NCBI GenBank assembly: GCA_013265495.1 | Contig: MU058000.1 | Location: forward strand, 1,612,001-1,676,000 | Length of the DNA stretch: 64,000 nt | Origin: Vicugna vicugna | Lineage: Eukaryota | Direction of reading: 5' to 3' | Shown here: positions 1-11,945 of the stretch, in pieces | Layout of the letters: every line of letters begins with the position of its first letter | Numbering within the stretch: the stretch's first letter is position 1 | Notes under the pieces: model-generated | What the model was told of the DNA's origin: nothing | Seen by the model: only the letters and a program-made list of their open reading frames with translations | Database searches by the model: none | Translations under genes and position numbers: made by a program

Positions 1-310
1 TGAGCAGGGCTGTTGGTCCTGCAGCCTGAGCTGCCATCAGTTCCCAGCTAAGCCAGCCGTGGAGCGTGACAAACACTCACGGGCACTTGAGGTTTTAAAG
101 CGCAAAGTGCGACCGGAGAGTCTTTCACATTCTCAGATATATTTGGACTTAAATGGCAGTCTCTTGCTGGGAAATATTTAGAGCGAATCTCCTTAGTTTG
201 TTAGAGAGCAGCAGGAGGAACACCAGATTCCCAGGCAGGAGGAGGCTGAGACGAAATATGAATAAAACAAGCATGACCAGGCAGAAGAAAACTCCGCATG
301 CACATCGTGT
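1..310 (-). promoter_or_regulatory. CpG-enriched unique segment; candidate promoter/first exon of a minus-strand transcript (donor CCC|GTGAGT, exon ending at 81)
   Basis: About 10 CpGs in 310 bp against a CpG-poor background; plus-strand actcac at 75-80 reads GTGAGT on minus. No recognisable coding content. Confidence 0.3.
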
Positions 311-329
311 CAGGTGGTTCAGAACCCAG

Positions 330-510
330 ATTCAGGGAACAGAGAGACCTGGTTCTCACAGAGCTGAGCTGTATGTGACTTTGGGCAAGTTACTGCATAT
401 TAAGTAACTTCATTTTTCCTACTCCTTTGGAGAGTGAAACAAAATAATGCATGAAAAGTTGTTAACATAGTGACAGGTCAGTAGTAATTACTCAATAATT
501 TTAGTTCGTT
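330..510 (+). mobile_element. MIR SINE, degraded
   Basis: MIR core 'tgtgactttgggcaagttact' and 3' tail 'ataatgcatgaaaag...tactcaataatt'. Confidence 0.75.
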
Positions 511-1344
511 CACATTGTCCTTAATATTAATTATAATGATTACTGTTATTAAAGTGTCAAGTGACAAGAAAAATGATGGTTTGAGAGCATCATGTGGATT
601 ATCCATTTGGTAAGATTTTTGAGTATGTGTTTAATTTTTAAAATAAAGCACTAGAAATGATCTGGGAAAATGTCTGTTTACTGTGCTGTCAGTTCTCATC
701 TGACTCCTTAATCTCCCTCCTGAAGTTAGTTTTATTTTTTTTTAGCAGTATTTAGTGATTTTAGATTTGTAAATAAAGTACAGAGAAGTCAAGACCTGCA
801 TTCTGACAATAAGTTTCTTGCTAACCCTGAATAAACTAAGTGGTTGTGGTCTCATCTTGTTCTGCCACTGTCCAGCAGGGCGGAAAATTGACCTCTTGGC
901 TTCTCAATTTACAAACATATATTTCAGAAATAATGCCTCCTTGTCTCCAAGATTTGGAGATAGATTAAAAATGACAATGGATAGGAAGTTTTGTTTGACA
1001 AATATAGTTTTAATTTAGCCTAAGAATGAGCTTAGTTTCTTTATCAAAAAAAAAAAATGGTTTACCTTCCTCAGGGAGAAAAACAAAATATCTACAAAGA
1101 TGGTTAACTCAGGACATAACTGGCACATAAAAAGGAAATAAACATATTACTTTGCCAATAGATGCTTTTACTTGGTGATGAGTTCCCTGAAAATTGCTAT
1201 TCTGGCATATGTGGATTTTGGTGTTCAAAGTATGGACTAAAAGCACATGGACTTGTGAGAGGGTATGATTCATGTAGAGAAGAAGGCAGCCTGGAAGTCC
1301 TACCAAGAAAGAAACCAAAATAGACAAATGTGTGTGAGATATTT

Positions 1345-1452
1345 TATACATACATACATATATATGTATATATTTATATATATGTGTATATCTATAAAAG
1401 ATGTAATTATATATAAAATTTATACATATTATATATCTATGCATATATGCAT
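1345..1452. repeat. (TA)n-rich low-complexity tract
   Basis: Degenerate tata/taca repeats. Confidence 0.85.
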
Positions 1453-3177
1453 AAATGTAGTTTTACCTTAGAAAAATGTAAAGGCTGGCTCTCTGGCAAA
1501 TGGCAAATCCCTTTTCCCAAAAGTGGTATTTTGAGATGATATCCATTTACATTTGAGTGTGAGTGAGTCTCAGATTCTTTTAAAACAGTAGATTCACTTG
1601 TGCACTGATTTGAAGAAAAAAAAAGAAAAGAAAAAGAAAGGAAAACATCCCGAAAGACCTGTCTTTGAAATATTGGGAACAAACCTTTTAACTTTGCCCA
1701 ATATTAGAGATATACCAGGTAACAGAAAATGTAATTTTGAATCAAAAGGCAAATGCCAGTTAAAAGGTAGCCAAGACAAGCCAGGTATTCAGAAATGAAT
1801 TACATTGTTTGGAGCCACACAATTTGTCTACATAGGTTTCCACGCTAATGTTTGAAAAGAAAAACCATCATTTAAAACATAGCACTTCATAAATGCAGTT
1901 TAAAACAAAATCTATCTCAACGTTAAAGCAATATTAAGTTTAATGAAACTGATTTATACCTAAAATCAATAAGTATCAGTGCCAAACTTACGTATATGTC
2001 ACTCACATAATTATCTGAGATAGAAATACATGGAGAAAAAATCATAAGAGTGTGCAAACCCACAGAAATTCTTCCCCCTGAGTAAAATGAAAATAAATCT
2101 CTATTCAAACACTTCTCAAGCTCTGAAGGTTCCATCTCCAGTATCTGTGGGGCAGTGATGGGTTGGGTGACTGTGGCACTTTTCACATCCCATGAATAAT
2201 TATCTCTGTCCCGAGTGCTTGCCAGCATGACGCATCTTCATTTCATTAAGGGAAAGAAGGACAGGCTGGAATTGGCAGTGGCAGAATTCATTTATCACAT
2301 TTTAATGGAGAAGCAGCTCAGGAAGGGCGGGCCTAATGAGATATTTCTAAAGAAATTAGCCAGTTTCTATTAAAGGGCCATCTCCTCGCTGTCCATGGTA
2401 GTGATGGATAGCAGGACCCCACAGCACAGGGACAGAGCGCACCCTTCCCTCTGCTTTGCTTTGGTTTTCTGAGGCACATGGTTATTTTTGGATGGTCCAT
2501 CTTTCAACTGCTTGAATGAATCATAATGGCAAATTTATATCAATTTTTAACATGGAGTAAAAGGGACCTGGCTTGATTTTCTGGATTTAATTTATGGAGA
2601 GAAACATACCTGTAGACCCAGGCTTGTCCCAACACTAATATTGCTAAAACCACTCACGTCTCAAGCCTGAAAAATACAGGTAGAAAGTTTTCTCTCACTT
2701 TTGTTATTTTCTTGTCATTGTATCAATACTCTTACTTTGGTGTATATGCAACTGAGATTATTCTGACCTAATCTCCTTCCAAAATTTCTGAAGATGACCT
2801 AAAAAAAAAAAGAAAAGCACTTTTAATTGCATTTTGGTTCAAACTCAATTTCCCGAGGCATAATATACATAGTGCTTGTATCAGATGATATCCTAATTTT
2901 GCATTCTCTATTTCCCCCTATTGTTGCTCCTATGTGACTAGCAACAGGAAATTCTCAAGTGCATCCTGTAAATGTGAATGACTCGATTGTGTGCCTGATT
3001 CACCACTGTTCAACTTGTGAAAGGAGTTTAATGCTGAGATGCTTATGCAGTAACTTATGTTAAAATGCTGTTAAAGGGCAGAAAATTAATACAAATTCCT
3101 TTCATGAAGACTTAGGTAATATGATTGATTGTGGTCTGTGCTAAAAAGCAAAGGGCCAGGCCTTCGCTGTTTACCTC

Positions 3178-3290
3178 CCAAAATGTTTACTGAGCTTCTA
3201 GTTTAGGCGAGAGACTATGCTGGACAGTGCGAAGATATTAGGGAGTAGACGAAGATTCTGCCCCTGAAAAACTTATATTCTCATGAAGAG
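3178..3290 (-). mobile_element. L2 3'-end fragment
   Basis: 'aaatgtttactgagcttcta...ctatgctggacagtg...ctgcccctgaaaaacttatattc' matches the reverse of the L2 terminus. Confidence 0.6.
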
Positions 3291-3574
3291 CACACACAAC
3301 AAAAAAAGTGAAAAAAATGAGCTGTGTGTTGGCTAACGTACACTACAGACTTCATTGGGTTGTTTACATATTAGACACAGGAGTGCTTTAAAAATCAAAC
3401 ATTTATGTTGGTACAAAATATTGTTAGTATGGTCAATACTGAATCAGAAGTTTGACATTAGTAGATTTTTTTTTTAGTACATGAACTTGAGAAAAAAACT
3501 GAAAAAGTATATGAATTTAAATGTATATCTCAACGTCAAAAAAAACCCAATTCAGCACTAGGAATAGTTTCAAA

Positions 3575-3672
3575 GGCAAAGAAAAAAAGAAAGAAATGGA
3601 AGAAGGAAGGAAGAAAGCAAGAGAAAGAAAGAGAAGGAAGGAAGGAAAGGAAAGAAAAAAAGAAGGAAAAAG
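3575..3672. repeat. GA/GAAA-rich low-complexity tract
   Basis: gaag/gaaa purine repeats. Confidence 0.85.
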
Positions 3673-5187
3673 TACTATTTAACATTAAGGAAAAAAATTA
3701 TAAATAAGATTCCTAGGGCAAGAAATCAGAAAGGCAGACAGATTGGCAAGAAAGAGCAGTGATCTTGGCACAAATGTGATGGATAGATTCAAATAAATAG
3801 TGAACAACACAGCTAGGAAACAGAAGGTTATAATAAGCAAAGCTGGAAATGTGTTGGGTATGAACTAAATGTTTGGCTTTCTGCCTTATCAGGTTTCCAT
3901 CTGTTGTCCAAACTTTGCAGATTCTCAATAAACCTTATGTCTTGACATGTTTTCCTGCAACAGTATGTATTTTTCTTGGGTCACCATAGAGTCTGCAGGG
4001 GCAGTCCATTATGGTAGTTCCCAGTCATGGGTGACTTTTAAAATTTCTTATATATAAATGAAAAGAGTGCCTTGGTCATGCTGATCACATTTCCAGTGCT
4101 CTGTGGCCTCAAGTGATGGTAAGCTGCAGAGTGTACTGGGCAGAAATTTTAGGCAGTTTCTACCATTAGAGAAAGTCCTTTCAGACAGCACTGCTCTGGA
4201 GGACTGGGGTGGGGGGTGTTTAAAGTCTCTCTCACAGAGGGGAGCTTAGTGGACCTGTGAAATGAATAAACAAAGTGCATACTGCTCAAACATCATCTTC
4301 TTGGAATCCAGACTGGGAGCAGGTCCTATGCAGCACACTCCTTTGGCCCACTGTATTTCTCTATATCATGACAGAGTGTCGTTAGTAATGTTAACATGTA
4401 ATATCTTCCTCCCCCAAATAATTGCATAAACCTTGACAACAAAAAGTCCATCTCCTCCTTCTTGTACTCTTCCCTGCCTCATAACAGTATGAACTGCAAG
4501 GTTGTGTTTTCTAATGAGTAAATTTTAAAAAGTGACATAGGATGGAATGGCACATTCTTACTAAATCAGATATCACTGCACACAGTTTTGCGTGCATCTA
4601 ATTTTGTGTCACAGAAACCCCTCAGCCAGATCAGGGACTAGCAGGACCTGCAGACGTGCAGGTTTCCCCCTCTCCTAGGGCTCTAAGCCTGTCTATTTGG
4701 CAAGACCAAGGTCTTGCTGATGCATGGAGTGCCACAGTGGAGGAGGTAGGCCTGGCTTGGGCCTGTTGTGGTATCCTGAACCCTGATGAAGGATGACTAG
4801 CCACTGAGTAGAAGCTGAATGCATGTTTTATAGATGCTGTCTTTGGGAGACCAGTCTGAGGGAAGGAAGTGCATCCCCTGGTCCATGCAGTGACCACTGG
4901 ACACAGTGCATCCTGCAGAATGACTAATTATTCACGAAAACACTGTGTCCCAACCTAGTGCTCCAACAAGCAGGAAAGTTTTCAGTCACACTTGCCAGGG
5001 TTCTCTGAGTTATGACGTGTTACTACATGTGGTCACAGGGAGGAAGGCACTGAGGCCCTGGCTGGGAGGTGTCAGTACAGCCACGTTCTCAGGCACTGCT
5101 TTGAAGAAGGGTGTAAATATTCCTGTCTGTCAGGAAAACCTTAGAGGAGCATGATATTCAGTGAAAGCCTGACAGAGAAAGAAACTT

Positions 5188-5347
5188 CAGTAGATGGGAA
5201 AGTGTGGTCCTGTGCTGGTGGCAGGGGTGTCGCCTGGGAACTTGTTCGAAACACAAATCCTCATGGCTTGGAGGCTATGGCCCAGCAATGCGTGTTTGAA
5301 CAAGTCCCCAGGTGATTTTGAGAAGCTCTGAAGTTTGAGGACCACTG
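5188..5347 (+). mobile_element. MER5A-like hAT-Charlie DNA transposon (MITE)
   Basis: 'aaagtgtggtcc...cctgggaacttgtt...cccagcaatgcgtgtttgaacaag...ccaggtgatt...aagtttgaggaccactg'; cagt...actg termini. Confidence 0.85.
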
Positions 5348-5972
5348 GGTGGTCGGAGGACAGTGAAATGCTGCCACAACCGCGCCCACACAGGGCTTGG
5401 GGGTCAGAGCCCAGTGATGGTGGCTGGGTCCACTGCTCCTGCTCCCACCACACGCTGAAGGGCTCATTTCTGAGTGTATCCTTGAGGAGAGAACATTCAT
5501 TCCCTGGCAGCAGTTCCAAGTGACTACATCCTCAAGCCTTTCAAGACTGATCCTGCAGAGGAAGAGCTTCAGAGGATGAGGTTTTCCCCATACAGAGGCA
5601 CGGGCTTGCCAGGGCCCAAGCTGGTGCCGGGAGCATTGGGTCTGGATTTATACCAGCGTCTGGTACATTGAAGACTGAGGGACATTACCTTTCCTGTCTC
5701 CACAATAATCCTTTCCTTCCTGAGATAGAAGAGCTCCTATTTTTCAAGTCCATAAACCCAAATATCTTGCAATACTGTCACTCTGTTTCTGAACATCTTC
5801 TCTTCACTGCTGTCAGGGATTCCAAAATGGCACTCTGTCCCTGTCAACCCTATACAGGTAATAAGCTAGTCCCCCTAGAGTGAAAGAAGATGAAACACCA
5901 AAATCAAACACACAAAATATTAAACATTAATTTACTCTTGGGTATGGAATTATTTTCTTGTAAAAAAAAATT

Positions 5973-6268
5973 NNNNNNNNNNNNNNNNNNNNNNNNNNNN
6001 NNNNNNNNNNNNNNNNNNNNNNNNNNNNNNNNNNNNNNNNNNNNNNNNNNNNNNNNNNNNNNNNNNNNNNNNNNNNNNNNNNNNNNNNNNNNNNNNNNNN
6101 NNNNNNNNNNNNNNNNNNNNNNNNNNNNNNNNNNNNNNNNNNNNNNNNNNNNNNNNNNNNNNNNNNNNNNNNNNNNNNNNNNNNNNNNNNNNNNNNNNNN
6201 NNNNNNNNNNNNNNNNNNNNNNNNNNNNNNNNNNNNNNNNNNNNNNNNNNNNNNNNNNNNNNNNNNNN
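5973..6268. other. Assembly gap (N run)
   Basis: Run of n characters. Confidence 1.
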
Positions 6269-7369
6269 ATGAAATTTTTTCCTTGTAAAAAAAAATTGAG
6301 CTCAAAGGACTCAGTCTTTTCCTCCATCTTATTCTGGTGTACTTGAAGATCTGGCTACCACTTCCTCGTGACTGTATCCAGAAAATAATCATTTAGAGCT
6401 TGCCTTTGTTATACAGCTCAGTCAGACAGTTAATCCAGTCTATCATAAAGTCCTGATCCTAGCAATTTTTCCCTTTATCTTCATAGTCGGTACTTAGTGG
6501 AGAAAGGAAACAGCTGGCTAGCATCTTATATGACAGTGCCCCAGGCATTGACTTACTTTTGGCGAGAGGGTTGTTTGAATCATTGGCTGTGGGAGAGGAT
6601 TTAGGGATGGGTACTATAAAAAATGACGCCAGATCTCAATCAAAAAAAAAAAAATTCCTGGGAAATTTGTGATCAGTTCCCTGCTGGCAAAATGATTATA
6701 ATCTTTTGAGAATGAGAATCAAATGCAAAGGTATCATGACCACATTCTCAAAGTGAGCTCCATCTGGACATAAGCAATTCCTTTGAGAAAAACAAGTATG
6801 ATAAACTCCTTTGAGAGAACCTTCCCCAATATGGCAATTGCATTCAGGCTAAAATAAAACATGATATCAAAATATTTTGATTTTCAAATCATGATAACTT
6901 CTTACTGTAATGCAAAGAACAGAAGATGATAGTTTAGTTTTTCTTTTGATATGACTATGATGTCATTACTATTCTTGGCTATAATCCAACAGACTGTTTT
7001 TTGAAATCGTTGTTGGGTATGGGAAAGTGTCATTGTTTCAAAGCTCCTTAACACAAGATCTTTATAACAGAATCTCTTAAATTATCTACATTTTCTTCTT
7101 TGTTACTGTATTAGTGTTCAAAGAAAATTAATGTTCAAAAGATAACCCCAGAGTTTATGAGATCTTTTAGTATCAAAGAAAGATTAAATTACCCTCATTG
7201 AACAGTATCTGGAAAAGAAGAAAGAGGAGATTAGCAAAGTTTTAAGAAATTTATAAAAAAAGGTGGAAGTTAAAACAAAGTGAGGCAGTGGGATCATCAA
7301 AGGTTGCTAAAATTATTAGGCAAAATATTAGAAAATAGGGTGGTCACAGAGTATCAAAATATTATCCTA

Positions 7370-7710
7370 TAGCTGACTTGACAGTCGCAGAAGGAAAAAC
7401 ATACCAGAGATATCTGGTAGTGGCCACCTTAACAATGTCATCAAAGTTAGTATTACTGATAACAGAGCAACCTGCTAGTCTATGCCCTCCAGTGTGATGT
7501 AACTCAAAGTTCACAGCATCTTCTATGAATTACTTTTTTGCCAAAAGTGTTTAGCCTAAATCTCATCAAGCCATAAGACCTAATATTTATTGTATAAGAG
7601 ATATGGGACATAGATGAACAAGTTAAATAACACAATTAAGTAATAATTAGGCAAATCCAGAATGTGAGGCATTCTGTAAGAAAACTAGCCTGATCTTTTC
7701 AAAGAATCCG
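7370..7710 (+). mobile_element. Old L1 3' region (L1MC4/L1ME4-like), first part; continues at 10031-10445
   Basis: 'caccttaacaatgtcatcaaagttagtatt', 'ttgccaaaagtgtttagcctaaatctcatc', 'gcaaatccagaatgtgaggcattctg'. Confidence 0.7.
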
Positions 7711-7721
7711 TATCACCACAC

Positions 7722-9490
7722 TATTGGAGGCTGAAAAATGGCACACCAAAATCTCCAGAAATTAATATTAAGAAGTCTTAATCTGCAGATCCTTATCTGA
7801 AAAAAGGTACTTTGCAGCCATGTTAAGAATTTTAAAAAATTTTTTATTACATATATATATTTTATTGAAGTATAGTCAGTTTACAATGTTGTGTCAATTT
7901 CTGGTATACAGCATAATGCTTCAGTCATACATGAACATACATATATTCATTTTCATATTCTTTTCACCATAAGTTAATATAAGATACTGAATATAGTTCC
8001 CTGTGCTATACAGTATGAACTTGTTGTTTATCTATTTTATATATATTAGTTACTATCTGCTATCTCAAACTCCCAATTTATCCCTTCTCACCCCTTTCCC
8101 CCCAGTAAGCATAAGTTTGTTTTCTATGTCTGTGAGTCTGTTTCTGTTTTGTAAATAACTTTGTGGGTTTTTTTTTTATATTCCACATATAAGTGATATT
8201 GTATGGTATTTTTTTTTCTCCTTCTGGCTTACTTCACTTAGAATGACAATCTTCAGATCCATCCACATTGCTGCAAATGGCCTTATTTATTCTTTTTTAT
8301 GGCTGAGTAGTATTCCATTGTATAAAATAAATTTTGATGGATATGTAGGTGGTTTCCACGTCTTGTCTATTGTAAATAGTGCTGCTATGAACATTGGGGT
8401 GTATGTATCTTTTCAAATTAGAGTTCCCTTCAGATACATGCCCAGGAGTGGGATTGCTGGATCATATGAAGTCTACTTTTAGTCTTTTGAGGAATCTCCA
8501 TACTGTTTTCCATATTGGCTGCACCAAGCTACATTCCCACCAACAGTGTAGGAGGGTCCCCTTTTCTCCACACCCTTTTTAGCATTTATCATTTGTAAAC
8601 TTTTAATGATGGCCATTCTGATTAGTGTGAGGTGATATCTCATTGTAGTTTTGATTTGCATTTCTCTCATAATTAGCAATATTGAGCATTTTGTCATGTG
8701 CCTATTACCCATTTGTATGTCTTCACTGGAGAATTGCTTTTTGGGTCTTCTGCCCACTTTTGGATTGGGTTGTTTGGTTTTTTTTTAATTATTAAGTTGT
8801 ATGAGCTGTTTATATATTCTGGATATTAAGCCCTTGTCAGTCTCATCTTTTACAAATATTTTCTCCCACTCTTTAGGTTGTATTTTGTTTTGCTTATGGT
8901 TTCCTTTGTTGTGCAAAAGCTTATAAGTTTAATTAGGTCCCATTTATTTATTTTTGCTTTTATTTCTATTGCCTGGGTAGACTACCCTAGGAGAACATTG
9001 CTGAGATTTATGTCAGATAATATTTTGCCTATGTTTTCTTCTAAGTGATTTATGGTGTCTTGTCTTAATGTTTAAGTCTTTAAGCCATTTTGAGTTTATT
9101 TTTGTGTATGATGTAAGGATCTTGAGATGGGGAGATAATCTTGGTTTACCTGAGTCGGCTGTAAATGTGTCACAAGTGCCTTGTAAGAGGGATGCAGAGG
9201 GAGATTTTGCTGCAGTAGAGAAAAAGTGATGTGTCAAGAAGAGCAGAACTCAGAGGGATGTGGCCAGGAGCCAAGGAATGCTGGTAGTCTCTAGAAGTGA
9301 ATGATGCAGTGGATGGATTATCACATGGACTCTTAAGAAACCAGTCCTGACAAACACTTTGGCTTTAATCCTTAAGACTCATTTTGTATTTCTGAACTCC
9401 AGAACAGTTAAGAGAATAAATCTGTGTTTTTTTTCTTTAAGCCACTAAGTTTGTGGTGATTTGTTACAGTGGCAACTGGAAATACAGAAG
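7722..9490 (+). mobile_element. MLT1C/D-like MaLR LTR split by a young L1 (parts 7722-7832 and 9113-9490)
   Basis: 'tttgcagccatgttaag' rejoins 'taaggatcttgagatggggagataatc'; 3' end 'agaataaatctgtgtt...taagccactaagtttgtggtgatttgttacagtggca'. Confidence 0.8.
7833..9112 (-). mobile_element. Young 5'-truncated L1 (camelid-like 3' UTR plus ORF2 C-terminal relic)
   Basis: ORF 8479-8757 encodes EDIQMGNRHMTKCSILLIMREMQIKTTMRYHLT (L1 ORF2 C-terminus); minus-strand 3' end ...ctgactatacttcAATAAAa followed by a TA/A-rich tail. Confidence 0.95.
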
Positions 9491-9519
9491 GAAAAACAAT
9501 AAGATGCTGGGGTAGATGG

Positions 9520-10030
9520 GGTTGCTGAGTCCAAACTTGTTCTTCTCACTGCACCACAGGCCAATAAATTGGGAGATGAGGTGCTGGGGCAAGGAATAAC
9601 GACTTTATTTGGAAAGCTGGCAAATTGAGAAGATGGCAGATTAATGTCCTGGAGAACCATCTTCCCCAAGTCAGAATTCAGGCTCCTTTTATACTAAAGA
9701 GGGGGAAGGGGTGTGGTTGATTGTTGCAAACTTCTTGGTGTTGGAATCCTTTGTTCTTGCAGCTGTCCATGTAGGCCAGGTCATGATGTTCTGGCACACC
9801 TCCAGGAAGACAAATGTTATTTTCTTTCTGCTACTTTTTATCTTAATATGAATGGGAAAGTGTTATACTCTTAAAGGTCAGAGTCTTGAGAAAAGTCTCT
9901 TCTATATATTTCAGGCTATAGGCAAGATTCTTTTACAAAACCAGCAAGACTAAGCACAGGAAACAGAGCACAGGGTCAAAGTTAAAGGAACAGATCTAAT
10001 ATGGAGTCAGATTTCTTCTTCCCTATTACA
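9520..10030 (-). mobile_element. ERV1-class solo LTR (MER41-like, Laurasiatheria)
   Basis: Minus strand begins TGTAATAGGG, has an AATAAA (tttatt at 9605-9610 on plus) and ends ...GCAAC; typical ERV1 LTR organisation. Confidence 0.75.
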
Positions 10031-10445
10031 GGGATACGCTTCAGGTTTAAGAGGTTAAAGAGATAGTAACAAACAAATGCAGTTCCTAAATCCTGACTGC
10101 AATCCTAACTTATCAAAGGTAGCTGTAAAATACAATTTTTGAAATACTTGAGAATTTGAGTGTGAACTAGATATTAGATGACTATATAAAATTATTGCCA
10201 TTATTTTCCTATCTTAAGAGATACATTATGAAATATTTTTGATTAAACATCATGATTTCTGTATCTTACATTTAAATTTTTAAAAATCATGTAAAATATA
10301 TGCAGAGAGAGAAGAATTAAAAAACAAATAGGATATAATGTTAATTGTTGAACCTAAGTGATGGTGTGTGGATTCATTACACAATCTTCTGTTTTTAATG
10401 TATATTTGAAGCTTATTCTTAATTTAAAAAAATCTTTAATAAAAA
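10031..10445 (+). mobile_element. Old L1 3' end (L1MC4/L1ME4-like), second part
   Basis: 'aacaaatgcag...aatttgagtgtgaactagatattagatga', 'aatgttaattgttgaacctaagtgatgg', A-rich end. Confidence 0.7.
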
Positions 10446-10507
10446 TATATACAGTAAATTCTTAAAAAGTTAATTAGTTAAAAAATATTCATTAAACTGA
10501 AAGCCAT

Positions 10508-10921
10508 TGTATTAGTCAGGGTATGCTAAGTCAAAACCTGTACATTTCAATAGCTAAACAAAAAGAAATTTCATTTCTGAATCATGCAACAGTCCAAAGT
10601 GGGCTTATTGTCAGAAAGATCTCCTGGGCAGTTTACCTGAAAGTGATATTACAGAGTCCTTGATACTTTCCACCTTGTGTTCCTGCCATTCCCCTAGGAT
10701 TCTTTTATAGCTGGTAGCAGGGTACCGGGGAGATCAAGGATTGCGCAGGAAGTTGTCCATGGTCTGCCCTGGAGGTGTGGCTCGGCACTTCATCCTGTAT
10801 TCCATTAGCTGTAACTTAGCTCTATCACCAACCACATCCAACTGCACAGAAATTCAATTTTGTCATCCACTTGTATCTTCAGGGGAAAACATTCTTGTTT
10901 ATATCTAGCAGTCACTTCCCC
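10508..10921 (-). mobile_element. MLT1K/L-like MaLR LTR
   Basis: 'tgtattagtcagggtatgcta...tttccaccttgtg...ctggaggtgtggctcggcacttcatcctgtattccattagc'. Confidence 0.7.
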
Positions 10922-11359
10922 AATCCCTCTTTTTGTATGACAGTGTAGCACCATAATTTCCTCCAAGGATGTATGTTAGAAAAATCTAAAGTGCCCACAG
11001 CATTTTACTGACCACAAATTTAAAGTAAAATTATTGAGAGAAGCCATTAAAATAATCCTACTGGAAATTCCTATTAATATTTATCCCCTATTTGTTTCCT
11101 GAGAATGCAAATGTTATTGAATTAGGTTAATATCATTGCATTATTTTACATACACATGTATGTGCACATATACACTCGAATGTTGCCAACAAAATGAATA
11201 TGCATTTTTGGATATTGCCATTTTTTTTTCCTGAAATCATGTAAGTATCACCACATTTGACTAATGATCTGTAGAATGTTTGATAAGCTCACTCTGTTCT
11301 ATGCTTCCCTTAGTCACGTATTCTTCCTGGCTTCTATTTTGCAGCTTGATCTATAAACT

Positions 11360-11700
11360 CAGACATTCATTCCATCCTTCATTCTTTCAAATATTTGTTA
11401 AGAATCTGCAGTTGAGGGCTATGGTAGGAGCCCTGTGAGAATATTGACATTTCCATGTTCATTTAAAACTTTGGAGGGAATATGGGTTGTAAAATTATTG
11501 GGACAAATATGTGATAAATTTTCAGACGCTCTCACAGATACAAATGCAGAATGAAAATAAGAGTTGTCAATTCTACAGGTATGAATTGAGGTCAAGGAAC
11601 TTGATAGAGGCAGTGATGCTGAAGAGGAGTTTTTAAAAAGAACATGGTATTCTCTAGGCTAATCGATGAAGAAGTCATTGGGGCAAATTTTTACCTGGCA
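11360..11700 (-). mobile_element. L2 fragment
   Basis: 'cattcattccatccttcattctttcaaatatttgttaag' is the reversed L2 terminus. Confidence 0.6.
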
Positions 11701-11789
11701 TGAAGTGTCTTCTACAGAGTGGTGCTAGTAACCCCTCTTCTGGAAGGTTTTTCTACACATCATTTCTTGTGGTAACTTTCTAAGCACTA

Positions 11790-11945
11790 TGTGTATTTAG
11801 TTTTACTGCTTTACAGTGAGAGAAACTAAGACACAAAGAGGTTAAGGAAACTACCCAAGGTCAGGGAGCTATTAAATATCAGAGATGAAATTTGGATCTA
11901 ATCCTTCTCTTTGCAAAAACTTTGCCCTTTGTACATTGAGGCAGC
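11790..11945 (-). mobile_element. MIR
   Basis: 'tttacagtgagagaaactaagacacaaagaggttaagg...cccaaggtca'. Confidence 0.8.

Noticed and set aside
1109..1471. 111-aa and 68-aa Ile/Tyr-rich ORFs
   Set aside because: Produced by (TA)n low-complexity sequence.
5890..6392. Long ORFs (125-162 aa) in the ORF track
   Set aside because: Artefacts of translating through the N gap.
8243..9237. ORFs with L1 ORF2 similarity or antisense to it
   Set aside because: Frameshifted fragments of a truncated L1, not host genes; the same applies to 46973-47536 and 56129-56395.
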